Source: Ilumatobacter sp. (GTDB taxonomy: Bacteria > Actinomycetota > Acidimicrobiia > Acidimicrobiales > Ilumatobacteraceae). Taken from it: a DNA stretch of 64,000 nucleotides. Position numbers and translations under genes: made by a program. Shown one piece after another: positions 38,078 to 47,404 of this stretch. The stretch covers positions 8,044 through 72,043 of the forward strand of contig PASB01000054.1 in assembly GCA_002711735.1 (NCBI GenBank), given 5' to 3'. Under the pieces are notes generated by a model. That model was not told the DNA's origin, made no database searches, and saw only the letters and a program-made list of their open reading frames with translations. Every line of letters begins with the position of its first letter. Positions within the stretch are counted from its first letter, which is position 1.

Positions 38078-38324
38078 ACGCTGTAGTCTACCGAACAACA
38101 ATTGAGGCGAAGTGGGGGAAACTCCCACCTGGCCACGGCCGCTCATCCCGAAATTAATGGGGTTTGCAAACGTGCGTCCAGGTCCCGGCTGAGACCAGCT
38201 GCGAGCATGGTTCGACATCAAAGGATGTCGTGGCATGTTTGTGTTGGCCGCTCCGTGACATTTCGCGTTGAGCGCCATCACATTCCAAACATGGGGAGGC
38301 CCATTTGCACAGGAGAGCAGTCTC

Positions 38325-39083
38325 ATAGCACCTCGAAACGAACAACGCGGCGACCAGCATCGCATCAACGACCGCATCCGATCACGCGAGGTCCGACTTA
38401 TCGGGCCCACAGGTGACCAACTCGGAATTAAAGCGGTTCCTGAAGCGCTGCGAATGGCCCGTGGCTTTGATCTTGATCTCGTGGAAGTCGCACCTGGTGC
38501 GAATCCACCGGTTTGCCGGATCATGGACTACGGAAAGTTCAAATACGAGGAGGGCCAAAAGGCCAAAGAGGCTCGTAAGAAATCAACCAACGTCACAGTG
38601 AAAGAAGTCAAGTACCGGCCGAAAATCGGCAAGGGTGACTTCGACACTAAGACGCGAAACGTCATCAGATTCATCGACGAAGGCCACAAAGTTAAAATTA
38701 CGCTGCAATTCCGTGGCCGCGAGATGGCCCACCCTGAACTCGGCTCGAAAATTCTCGATGAGGTACTCGAGTCAGTGGGGCCTGCTGCCAAAGTCGACAC
38801 TCAAGCTCGATTTGAGGGACGAAGCATGACCATGGTGTTGTCCCCTGACAAACAAGCCCAAGAAGCAATGAAGAAGGCAGCCGTCGAAGCTGCCAAAGAA
38901 GCAGAGGCCGCAACCGCTGCCGCTGAGACTGACGTACCAACCGAAACCGAAGCGTCAACCGAGCCAACGGCAACTGCCTCGGTGAAAGATGCCGCCGAGG
39001 TTCCGGAAGTTGCCGAGGCCAAAGCAGCTGAAGTGGCCGAAGCAGCCGATACGGCCACCGCCGAGTCGGAAACAACTGAATAA
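38325..39083 (+). CDS. infC: Translation initiation factor IF-3 (non-canonical ATA start)
   Basis: RINDRIR..EVRLI, LDLVEV, DYGKFKYE, KEVKYRPKI, FRGRE; SD AGGAG 38311-38315 then in-frame ATA 38325. Confidence 0.95.
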   Translation: MAPRNEQRGDQHRINDRIRSREVRLIGPTGDQLGIKAVPEALRMARGFDLDLVEVAPGANPPVCRIMDYGKFKYEEGQKAKEARKKSTNVTVKEVKYRPKIGKGDFDTKTRNVIRFIDEGHKVKITLQFRGREMAHPELGSKILDEVLESVGPAAKVDTQARFEGRSMTMVLSPDKQAQEAMKKAAVEAAKEAEAATAAAETDVPTETEASTEPTATASVKDAAEVPEVAEAKAAEVAEAADTATAESETTE

Positions 39084-39093
39084 GGAGCGTTCG

Positions 39094-39291
39094 ATGCCCA
39101 AGATGAAGACATCGAAGACCGCCGCTAAGCGGTTCAAGAAGACCGGCACCGGGAAGCTGCGCCATGAGCAGCAAAACAACCAGCACAAGTTCGAGGGCAA
39201 GTCGTCCTCGCGCAAGCATCGTCTCGATCGCGATGCCGACGTTCACAAGGGCGACGCCCGCAAAATTAAGCGCCTCCTGGCTGAGCGCTGA
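39094..39291 (+). CDS. rpmI: 50S ribosomal protein L35
   Basis: MPKMKT...AAKRFKKTGTGK. Confidence 0.98.
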   Translation: MPKMKTSKTAAKRFKKTGTGKLRHEQQNNQHKFEGKSSSRKHRLDRDADVHKGDARKIKRLLAER

Positions 39292-39307
39292 GTAGGAGGA
39301 GAAGACA

Positions 39308-39661
39308 ATGGCACGAGTGAAACGTGGCGTCGCGTCTAAAAAGCGGCACAAGAAGGTACTGAAGCAGGCCAAGGGCTACTACGGCAACAAGAGCCGTTCG
39401 TTCCGGGCCGCAAATGAGCAGGTCATGCGATCGGGCAACTACGCCTTTCGTGACCGACGCGCCCGTAAGGGCGAAATGCGTCGCCTGTGGATCCAGCGGA
39501 TCAACGCAGGAACACGGCAGCATGGCATGAGCTACAGCCGCTTTATCGCAGGTATGAACGCCGCAGGTATCGAAGTCGACCGCAAGATCCTCGCAGATCT
39601 CGCCGTCAACGAACCCGCAGCGTTCGCCAAACTGGTCGAAAGCGCGAAGGCAGCTCTCTGA
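39308..39661 (+). CDS. rplT: 50S ribosomal protein L20
   Basis: [30 protein letters not shown]. Confidence 0.99.
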   Translation: MARVKRGVASKKRHKKVLKQAKGYYGNKSRSFRAANEQVMRSGNYAFRDRRARKGEMRRLWIQRINAGTRQHGMSYSRFIAGMNAAGIEVDRKILADLAVNEPAAFAKLVESAKAAL

Positions 39662-39680
39662 CAAGTAGTTTCCAGAGCAG

Positions 39681-40466
39681 ATGAGCGCCCTGGATTACAA
39701 AAACTCACGAGTTCAAGATCTGCGACGCCTTCTGGGGCGTCGCAGTTCGCGTTACGACGAAGGTATGTTCATCGTCGAGGGCCCTGTTCTCGTCGCTGAA
39801 GCAGTTCGCGCTGGTTGGCATGTCGATGCTCAGTTCGTGCCTGAGGGGAGCGATGCAGCAATCGACGGCGCTGGTTCAGTGTACGAGCTTCGATCCGGCG
39901 TGCTGGAGCGAGTTGCCTCCACCGCCGCTCCACAGCCGCCAATTGCCATCGTGGGAATGCCCGAGGTTGGCGACGTGCACGAACGGATGCTTGCGGCGTC
40001 CATGGTCGTCGCGCTTGACCGAGTAAGCGACCCGGGCAACCTCGGCACGATTCTGCGGTCAGCTGAAGCTGCTGGTGCTGACCTGGTTGTGCTAACGCCT
40101 GGCGGCGTTGATCCCTACAATTCGAAAGTCGTCCGCTCGTCGGCCGGGGCCTTGTTCAACGTGCCGGTGGTCGTTGCCGAGCTTGACGAATTGCGAACTG
40201 CAGGCCTCCGGCTGATCGGCTCAAGCAGCCACGACACTGATGGTCGAACCGTGCACCCGCATACCGATATCGACCTCACCGGACGCGTCGCCATCGTGAT
40301 GGGGAACGAAGCGGCGGGCCTTCCCGACGAATGGGACGACGCCGCCGGGCCGATCCGCGAGTGGGTCACCATTCCGCATCACGGCCGTACGGAGTCACTC
40401 AACGTCGCCATGGCCACCACGGTCTTGGCGTTCGAGGCTGCCCGCCAACGTTCCTTACTCTCGTAA
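39681..40466 (+). CDS. TrmH/SpoU-family RNA methyltransferase
   Basis: DPGNLGTILRSA, GNEAAG, ESLNVA. Confidence 0.95.
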   Translation: MSALDYKNSRVQDLRRLLGRRSSRYDEGMFIVEGPVLVAEAVRAGWHVDAQFVPEGSDAAIDGAGSVYELRSGVLERVASTAAPQPPIAIVGMPEVGDVHERMLAASMVVALDRVSDPGNLGTILRSAEAAGADLVVLTPGGVDPYNSKVVRSSAGALFNVPVVVAELDELRTAGLRLIGSSSHDTDGRTVHPHTDIDLTGRVAIVMGNEAAGLPDEWDDAAGPIREWVTIPHHGRTESLNVAMATTVLAFEAARQRSLLS

Positions 40467-40488
40467 CGTGGTCTAGCTGGCGACACGG

Positions 40489-40809
40489 GTGCTTCCGATT
40501 CCCCAGACCCAGAATGCTGCTGAAGTCCAGCGGTACCGGCACTACGGGTTCGAGGCGGCTTTCGAACATCGATTCAAGTCGCTTCTGTCTGCCTATGTCG
40601 GAGTCAAGCGTAGCGACGCCGAGATCCACCTATCGGAGCACACCGGCGACATCGCTCCACCCGGGCTGCTCTGCATTTGGGTCGATGCCGCCGAGCCGCT
40701 TGCCGCGCTGTCGGGCGCAACCACCGACGAGATGTCGTGGGCAGAGGACTTCGAGATTGCTGATCCCGACGGAAACCGATTGCGGTTCGCTGAGCCCACC
40801 GCTGGATGA
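40489..40809 (+). CDS. VOC/glyoxalase-bleomycin resistance family protein (divergent)
   Basis: Y..YGF, IHLSEH.GD, DPDGNRLRF. Confidence 0.7.
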   Translation: MLPIPQTQNAAEVQRYRHYGFEAAFEHRFKSLLSAYVGVKRSDAEIHLSEHTGDIAPPGLLCIWVDAAEPLAALSGATTDEMSWAEDFEIADPDGNRLRFAEPTAG

Positions 40810-40881
40810 TTCGACGGTCTGCAGTTGACCGGCCCCACCAGATCGACTGATCAAGCAGTCTGACGGGCTATCCTAACGTTC

Positions 40882-40920
40882 GTGAATCTGCAGTCGCAGC
40901 GATTTCTGTTCCCCGGGTGA
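40882..40920 (+). CDS. Putative leaderless pheST leader peptide MNLQSQRFLFPG
   Basis: TATCCT -10 (40869-40874) 7 nt before GTG; two Phe codons (TTT, TTC) near the end; overlaps a perfect 10-bp hairpin 40907-40930. Confidence 0.62.
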   Translation: MNLQSQRFLFPG

Positions 40921-41016
40921 CCGGGGAACATGCCCAGCGCTCAATTGCTCCTGCCCACGTTTTGCCATTCGTCCGGTGAATAACGCGGCTCATCTGGATG
41001 GCCTGAAAGGACTCTC

Positions 41017-42030
41017 GTGATCACTGACATCATCGCTGCGAAAGACGCAGCACTTGCCGACATTAAGGCAGCCGCCTCCCTGGAAGACATTGTTGCCCTG
41101 ACGACCAGGTACGCCGGCAAGAAGGGCGAACTCGCTGCGCTGAAGAAGCAGTTAGGCAGTCTCGATTCAATCGAGCAGAAGAAAGCGGCAGGTGCTGCCG
41201 TCAATGACGCGATGATGGCGGTCGATGTGGCCATCGACGCCCGGCGCGCCGTTCTCTCTGCTACCGCCTTGGCAGAGCAGGTCGAAAACGAGCGACTCGA
41301 TCTCACTGAATTCATGGGAGCACCGACTCGCGGCCACGCTCACCTCGCTACCCAGGCGTGGGAGCGGTTGGAAGACGTCTTCGTCGGCTTGGGGTTCCGT
41401 GTGGCGGAAGGCCCCGAAGTCGAGACTGACTGGCACAATTTCGAAGCGCTCAACATGCCGGTTGGCCACCCGGCGCGCGGAGAGTGGGACACGTTGTTTG
41501 TCGACCACGTGCCGCCAGGGGGCAAACCAGGTTCCACGGTCTTGCGTACGCACACGTCGCCGGTGCAGATTCGCACGATGTTGGCTGAAGAACCGCCAAT
41601 CTACGTCGTGGCGCCGGGGCGGGTGTTTCGTCGTGATACGCCGGACGCCACACACATGCCGGTGTTCCATCAGATCGAGGGTCTGGTCATTGATCGCAAC
41701 ATCACGATGGCGGACCTTGCCGGCACGATTGACGCCTTCACGAAGGCCTACTTCGGGCCAGGGTTCAACTCTCGCCTGCGGCCGAGCTACTTCCCGTTCA
41801 CTGAACCATCGGCCGAGTTCGACATCCAACGGCCAGATGGCAGCTGGATCGAGTTGGGTGGTTCGGGCATGGTGCACCCGAACGTCCTACGCGCTGGTGG
41901 CCTCGATCCTGAAGAGTGGAGTGGATTTGCCTTTGGATTCGGTATCGACCGCATGGCGATCATGCGCCATGGGGTGGCGGACATCCGCGAGATGTTCGCC
42001 GATGACATTCGATTCCTCGAGCAGTTCTAA
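41017..42030 (+). CDS. pheS: Phenylalanine--tRNA ligase alpha subunit
   Basis: NFEALN..HPAR, LRTHTSPVQ, FHQIEG, YFPFTEP, GFAFGFG. Confidence 0.99.
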   Translation: MITDIIAAKDAALADIKAAASLEDIVALTTRYAGKKGELAALKKQLGSLDSIEQKKAAGAAVNDAMMAVDVAIDARRAVLSATALAEQVENERLDLTEFMGAPTRGHAHLATQAWERLEDVFVGLGFRVAEGPEVETDWHNFEALNMPVGHPARGEWDTLFVDHVPPGGKPGSTVLRTHTSPVQIRTMLAEEPPIYVVAPGRVFRRDTPDATHMPVFHQIEGLVIDRNITMADLAGTIDAFTKAYFGPGFNSRLRPSYFPFTEPSAEFDIQRPDGSWIELGGSGMVHPNVLRAGGLDPEEWSGFAFGFGIDRMAIMRHGVADIREMFADDIRFLEQF

Positions 42031-42045
42031 GGGAGCGCAGTTCAG

Positions 42046-44412
42046 ATGAAGATCCTTCTTTCATGGCTCAACGAATACGGCGACTTCGCCGATCCGACCG
42101 ACAGCGCAGCGGTCGAGCGTGTCGCTGACGCAATCACCGCGCTCGGACTCGAAGTGGAGTCGGTTGAGGTGATCGGCGAGACGGTCGAGGGCGTCGTGAC
42201 GGCCAAGATCAATCGTCTCGAGTCGCATCCCGATGCGGACAAGGTGCAACGCGTCCACGTCACTACTGGTGCCGGCGACGAGCTGCACGTCTGGTGCGGG
42301 GCTGACAACATCTCCGAAGGCGACATCGTTCCGCTCGCCACACTCGGCACGACCATGCCGAACGGGATGACTATTGAGCGACGCGGCATCCTTGGCATCG
42401 ACTCGGAAGGAATGCTCTGCAGCGCCAACGAACTTGGCCTCGGCGACGACCACTCGGGCATCCGCTTGCTCGATCCCGACACGCCGCTCGGTCTGCCATA
42501 CGGCGAGGCACTTGGGCTCAGCCTTGATGTGCTGATCGATGCTGACGTAACCCGCAACCGTCCGGACTGCTGGGGCTACGTCGGGATCGCCCGCGACCTC
42601 GCTGCCAAGATGGGCATCGAGTTTCGCCCGCCGGTACCTACCTTCGAAGTCGCCGGCGAACCGCATACCACCCCGGTCGAGATCGTCGATGGCGATCGCT
42701 GTGCCCGTTTCACCTCTACGGTGATCTCAGGCGTCGAAGTAAAGCCGTCACCAGACTGGATGGCCAATCGTCTCACCGCAGCCGGCATGCGCCCGATCAG
42801 CAACGTCGTGGATGTGAGCAACTATGTGATGCTCGAACTGAACCAGCCGAACCATGCCTATGACCTTGACACCCTCGGTGGTGGCGGGTTTCGCATTCGG
42901 CTCGCCAACGACGGCGAGTTACTGACGACGCTTGACGGGGATGCTCGTACGTTCACTGGGGAGGACCTTTTCATCTGTGATGCCAACGACACGCCGATCG
43001 GCGTTGGCGGAATCATGGGTGGCCTCGATTCTGAAATCAGCGATGCAACCACGACGGTCGCCCTCGAGATAGCCTGGTTTAGCCTCGTTGGTATTGGCCA
43101 GACCGTGACCCGCACGAGTTTACGTTCCGAAGCGTCGTCTCGTTTCGAACGCGGCGTTGATCCGTACGGCATGCCAAACGCCGTGCTCCGTTTCGCTGAA
43201 CTCCTGTCTGAGACATGCCCGGACCTTGTCGTGCACGCCGGGGGAGCAGATGCTCAAAGCGACTTCCTGCCCGCCGCAGAACGGTCGGTCGACGTGCGAG
43301 TCGGCGCCGTGAACCGTCTCCTTGGCACCGATTTCATCGCTGATGATCTTCCTGCGTTACTCGACCCAATCGGCTACACGGTGTCGGGTGTGGGGGACAC
43401 TCGCAGTGTTGTGCTGCCCACCTGGCGGCTCGACTCCACCGATGAAGTCGACGTAATCGAAGAAGTTGCACGCCACCATGGCTATGAAAAGCTCGGCAAG
43501 TCTGTGCCAAAGTCCACCGTTCACGGCGGCCTGACGCCGCACCAGCAGCGCCGGCGGCTGGTGCGCGAAGTACTGCTTGGTCTCGGCATTTCCGAAGCCA
43601 TGCCGAACCCCTTTCTGGCTCCCGGCACGCTTGCCAAAGCGAAGTTGTCTCCCGAGGCGATCTCCATCACCAACCCGCTGGTGATGGAAGAGAGCGTGCT
43701 GCGCACGTCGCTGCGTCCCGGGCTGCTGGAGGCGCTCGCATTCAACGAGTCTCATCGTCGCACTGGTGTGCGGTTGTACGAGATCGGCCATGTGTATCCG
43801 CCCAGTGATGGGGAACTGCCTGCTGAATACGAAGCGCTGACGGTGGTGCTCGCCGGCGAGGAAGCGCCCGCCGCTGTCGCAGTGTGGCGCGAGCTCGTCA
43901 ACACACTCGGTGCTGGAGCTCGGGTTGATCAGAGCCGAGCGCCCGCAGGGCTACATCCCACTCGTACTGCCACACTGCAGGCAGGCAAGGATCCGCTTGG
44001 TGCGGTCGGCGAAGTTGCGCCCGATGTGCTTGCAGCGTTTGATGTCCACGAGCGAGTGGCAATTCTCGAGCTGGATCTCGACCAGTTGCTGGGTCGTGCG
44101 CCAAAGCCGACGCAGTGGAAGGCGACGAGCCGCCAGCCATCGAGCGACCTCGATCTTGCATTTGTGCTGCCGAACGACACGCCCGCAGAAAAGCTCGACA
44201 AGGCGATCCGGCAGGCTGCAGGAAAGCTCCTCGTCGACATGTCATTGTTCGATGTGTATCGGGGGGCCGGCGTTGCGGACGGTAGCCGTTCGCTTGCGTA
44301 CCGCCTTCGTCTCCAAGCGATTGATCGCAGTCTGACTGATGCTGACATCGCCGACGTGCGACGAGGGGTTGAGACAGCGACAATCAAGCTCGGTGCCGAA
44401 CTGCGAAGCTGA
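42046..44412 (+). CDS. pheT: Phenylalanine--tRNA ligase beta subunit
   Basis: HPDADK, SEGMLCS, NRPD, RFERGVD, EEVAR, LRTSL, FDVYRG. Confidence 0.99.
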   Translation: MKILLSWLNEYGDFADPTDSAAVERVADAITALGLEVESVEVIGETVEGVVTAKINRLESHPDADKVQRVHVTTGAGDELHVWCGADNISEGDIVPLATLGTTMPNGMTIERRGILGIDSEGMLCSANELGLGDDHSGIRLLDPDTPLGLPYGEALGLSLDVLIDADVTRNRPDCWGYVGIARDLAAKMGIEFRPPVPTFEVAGEPHTTPVEIVDGDRCARFTSTVISGVEVKPSPDWMANRLTAAGMRPISNVVDVSNYVMLELNQPNHAYDLDTLGGGGFRIRLANDGELLTTLDGDARTFTGEDLFICDANDTPIGVGGIMGGLDSEISDATTTVALEIAWFSLVGIGQTVTRTSLRSEASSRFERGVDPYGMPNAVLRFAELLSETCPDLVVHAGGADAQSDFLPAAERSVDVRVGAVNRLLGTDFIADDLPALLDPIGYTVSGVGDTRSVVLPTWRLDSTDEVDVIEEVARHHGYEKLGKSVPKSTVHGGLTPHQQRRRLVREVLLGLGISEAMPNPFLAPGTLAKAKLSPEAISITNPLVMEESVLRTSLRPGLLEALAFNESHRRTGVRLYEIGHVYPPSDGELPAEYEALTVVLAGEEAPAAVAVWRELVNTLGAGARVDQSRAPAGLHPTRTATLQAGKDPLGAVGEVAPDVLAAFDVHERVAILELDLDQLLGRAPKPTQWKATSRQPSSDLDLAFVLPNDTPAEKLDKAIRQAAGKLLVDMSLFDVYRGAGVADGSRSLAYRLRLQAIDRSLTDADIADVRRGVETATIKLGAELRS

Positions 44413-44416
44413 CGGT

Positions 44417-44809
44417 ATGGCATCTCCGGGAGAAACTGATCTTGACAAGATGCTGGCGACGTTGCATGTCGAGCGGCGTCCGGGTGTCTTCACCTATGCC
44501 GCTGTGCGTGCGCCGGGATCGGAATTGCTTGCTGCAGCCCATGGGGTGGTCACCGAGGGCGACCTCACCACTCTGGTCCTGCCCGTCGTGGCCGCCGAAC
44601 GAGCGGGCCTGCCGGTTGAGCTGGAGATGGCGTGGCTCTCGCTCACGGTTCAGTCAAGTCTCGAAGCGGTGGGGCTGACTGCGGCGTTCTCCGCCACGCT
44701 CGGCAAGGCTGGCATTTCTTGCAACGTGCTGGCTGGCTTCCATCACGATCACATTCTCGTGCCGGTTGATCGAGCGCAGCAGGCCATCGACGTGCTGACG
44801 GTCCGCTGA
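44417..44809 (+). CDS. ACT-domain protein (DUF2241-like)
   Basis: GETDL..ML, LTV.SSLEAVGLTAA, ISCNV.AGFHHDHI.V. Confidence 0.88.
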   Translation: MASPGETDLDKMLATLHVERRPGVFTYAAVRAPGSELLAAAHGVVTEGDLTTLVLPVVAAERAGLPVELEMAWLSLTVQSSLEAVGLTAAFSATLGKAGISCNVLAGFHHDHILVPVDRAQQAIDVLTVR

Positions 44810-44811
44810 GC

Positions 44812-45378
44812 TCAGTTCATGCTGAGATCATCGGGGGCATTTGCCAGCCATGCCAGGCGACCGGGCTGTCGCCTCAGAACTTCGCGCCAGAGCTCGTCAG
44901 GAGCTTTTGTGAACACGTCGCTGGTTTGTGCATCGAGCACGAGCCAGGCGCCAGCATCGATTTCGCCTTCGAGTTGACCGGGGCCCCACCCCGCATAGCC
45001 GCGGAAGACTCGGACTTCGTTGACCGAGGCGGCCACGATCGCTGGATCAGCGGTGAGGTCGGCGGAGGCGATGACCCCCACGATTGGTGTGAGCGCTTCG
45101 TCGTCGACATCGGGATCTTTGGCCGCAGCGAGCGCGATTAGCGCCGTCGATTCAACAGGACCACCTTCGAACACTGAGCTTGGAGCCGTCTGGAGGTCGA
45201 TCCACCGGTCGAGCGGTTCGTCGAGAGCCTCGCCGCTGGAACGATTGATGACAACGCCGACGGCGCCTTCGTCATGGTGCTCGAGCATATAGATGACCGT
45301 GCGGTCGAAGTTTGGGTCCTCCAGTGGCGGGGCAGCGAGGAGAAGTCGTCCCTTGATGACGGGCGCGCTCGGAAACAC
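44812..45378 (-). CDS. YqgE/AlgH family protein
   Basis: GRLLLA.P.L.DPNFDRTV, GVVINR, GGPV, GYAGWGPGQLEGEI, D...N end; start GTG 45378 with CAGACT -10. Confidence 0.95.
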   Translation of the reverse strand: MFPSAPVIKGRLLLAAPPLEDPNFDRTVIYMLEHHDEGAVGVVINRSSGEALDEPLDRWIDLQTAPSSVFEGGPVESTALIALAAAKDPDVDDEALTPIVGVIASADLTADPAIVAASVNEVRVFRGYAGWGPGQLEGEIDAGAWLVLDAQTSDVFTKAPDELWREVLRRQPGRLAWLANAPDDLSMN

Positions 45379-45447
45379 GGGATCAGTCTGCCGGGTCTGA
45401 TGACTCGAAACTCGCCATGGCAGCTCAGCAGCGCTGACTCGTGTTCG

Positions 45448-45483
45448 TTGTATGATCATGCAGTTGGTTGTATGATCATACGG
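45448..45483 (+). promoter_or_regulatory. Tandem ARG boxes overlapping the leaderless argC promoter
   Basis: TTGTATGATCATGCAG(45448-45463) and TTGTATGATCATACGG(45468-45483), 20-nt period; TATGAT -10 at 45471-45476, 6 nt before GTG. Confidence 0.85.
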
Positions 45484-46505
45484 TGACGAAGATCAACGTC
45501 GGTATCATTGGAGCGTCCGGGTTCACCGGCGCTGAACTGCTCCGCATCGCGGCACAGCATCCCCACTTCGACGTGCGCCTCGCCACAGGTGACTCGATGG
45601 CAGGCCGCCGAGCTGCTGATCTGTACCCCTCGCTCGAACTGGGTTACCCGAACTTGGTTTTTGAACAGTTTGATCCGGCGTCGCTTGATGGTCTCGACCT
45701 CGTGATTTTGGGCCTGCCTCATGCAGCATCGATGGACCTTGTTCCGCAGATCGTGGGCAAGGTCGGATGTATAGTTGACCTCTCGGCGGCATTCCGGCTC
45801 CAGGACACCACGCAGTACCCCGAGTTCTACGGATTCGAGCACACCCAACCCGAGATACTTGGTGACGCGGTGTACGGTCTCCCCGAGTTCCACCGAATTG
45901 CCTTGCAAGGCGCACAGCTCATTGCCACACCTGGCTGCCACGTTACGGCAGCAGCGCTAGCGTTGAAGCCGCTGGTTGATAATGGACTAATCGCCACGGC
46001 CGGAATCGCTGTGAACTCGCTCACCGGGATCACTGGTGCGGGCCGCTCAGCGAGTGAGGTGAACATGTTTACCAGCATTGATTCAAACACGCGGGCGTAC
46101 GGCCTGCTCACTCATCGCCACACCCCCGAGATCGAGCAGGAGATCGGAGCGCAGGTGTTGTTCACGCCACACCACGTCCCCATGAGCCGGGGCATCCTGG
46201 CCACGTGCACTGCGCCGGCCACCGCCGCAGTGTCGGGGGACACGGTGATGGACGTGATGCGCGAGTTCTACGCTGATGAACCGTTTGTTGCAGTGATGAA
46301 TGGCCCGCCGCAGACCAAGTCGGTGATTGGGTCGAATGCCGCACACGTCTCGGCGCGGTACGACGAGCGGACCGGCACAGTCCTTGCGATGTGTGCCATC
46401 GACAACCTCACGAAGGGTGCATCCGGCGGCGCAGTTCAAGCGGCCAACGTGGCGTTGGGGCTCGACGAGCGCGCTGGCTTGAGCATGGTCGGAGTTGCAC
46501 CGTGA
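45483..46505 (+). CDS. argC: N-acetyl-gamma-glutamyl-phosphate reductase
   Basis: GASGFTGAEL, LPH, DLSAAFR, YGLPE, PGC, HRHTPEI, DNLTKGASG. Confidence 0.98.
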   Translation: MTKINVGIIGASGFTGAELLRIAAQHPHFDVRLATGDSMAGRRAADLYPSLELGYPNLVFEQFDPASLDGLDLVILGLPHAASMDLVPQIVGKVGCIVDLSAAFRLQDTTQYPEFYGFEHTQPEILGDAVYGLPEFHRIALQGAQLIATPGCHVTAAALALKPLVDNGLIATAGIAVNSLTGITGAGRSASEVNMFTSIDSNTRAYGLLTHRHTPEIEQEIGAQVLFTPHHVPMSRGILATCTAPATAAVSGDTVMDVMREFYADEPFVAVMNGPPQTKSVIGSNAAHVSARYDERTGTVLAMCAIDNLTKGASGGAVQAANVALGLDERAGLSMVGVAP

Positions 46506-47404
46506 GCCCGATCATCGACGAGGCCGGACTACGCGCCTCCACATTGGTCGAGGCTCTGCCTTACATCCGGCGCTTCGCAGGCAAAACGATTGTCGTGAAG
46601 TACGGCGGAAATGCGTTGTCGGGCACTGAGGGCCACGATCCGCTGACATTGTTTGCAGAGGACATCGTGCTAATGCGGCTGGTCGGGATGCGTCCCGTCG
46701 TGGTGCATGGCGGTGGCCCGCAGATCACCGCCTTAATGGAACGGCTGGGAAAGAAGTCCGAGTTTGTTAATGGGCTCCGGGTCACGGATGCCGAGACCGT
46801 CGAAATTGCCCGTATGGTGCTCAAAGGCGAGGTCAACCCGCAGGTCGTAGCCGCCATCAACGTGCATGGCAACTACGCAGTCGGTGTCAGTGGCGTCGAT
46901 GGCGGCCTCATTCGGGCCGAAGCACGCAACCCCGAGCTGGGTTTTGTCGGCGATGTCACGGAAATCAACCCCGAGGTCATTAATGGGCTATTGGATGACG
47001 AGTTCATTCCGGTCATCGCCACGATTGGTAGCGACGAGACCGGTCAGGCGTACAACATCAATGCAGACACCGCTGCCGGAGCAATCGCCGAGGCGCTTGG
47101 TGCCGAAAAGCTGATCTATTTGACCGATATCGAGGGACTGCGCCGCAACGTGGCTGACGCGGCAACGTTAATTCGGCGCACGACTGCGGACCAGCTTGAC
47201 GCGTTGGTTGCCGACGGCGTCATCGCAGGCGGGATGATCCCAAAAATCGATAGTTGCACGCATGCTGTGCGCAATGGCGTCAAGGGGGGTCACATTCTCG
47301 ACGGTCGAGTTGCGCATGTGCTGCTGCTCGAGCTGTTCACCGACGACGGCATTGGCACGATGATTGAAAACACTGGGACCGAGCAGACAGGAACAAGGCC
47401 ATGA
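46502..47404 (+). CDS. argB: Acetylglutamate kinase
   Basis: EALPYI, VKYGGNA, VHGGG, GLRVT, NINAD, GGMIPK. Confidence 0.98.
   Translation: MSPIIDEAGLRASTLVEALPYIRRFAGKTIVVKYGGNALSGTEGHDPLTLFAEDIVLMRLVGMRPVVVHGGGPQITALMERLGKKSEFVNGLRVTDAETVEIARMVLKGEVNPQVVAAINVHGNYAVGVSGVDGGLIRAEARNPELGFVGDVTEINPEVINGLLDDEFIPVIATIGSDETGQAYNINADTAAGAIAEALGAEKLIYLTDIEGLRRNVADAATLIRRTTADQLDALVADGVIAGGMIPKIDSCTHAVRNGVKGGHILDGRVAHVLLLELFTDDGIGTMIENTGTEQTGTRP

Noticed and set aside
38078-38524. N-terminal extension of the DUF1844-like ORF
   Set aside because: Runs antisense through the infC leader and CDS; the leaderless start at 38077 fits better
40974-40987. T-box-like GGTGAATAACGCG in the pheS leader
   Set aside because: Lacks the UGGN bulge needed to pair with tRNA NCCA, and no Stem I or specifier loop is recognisable
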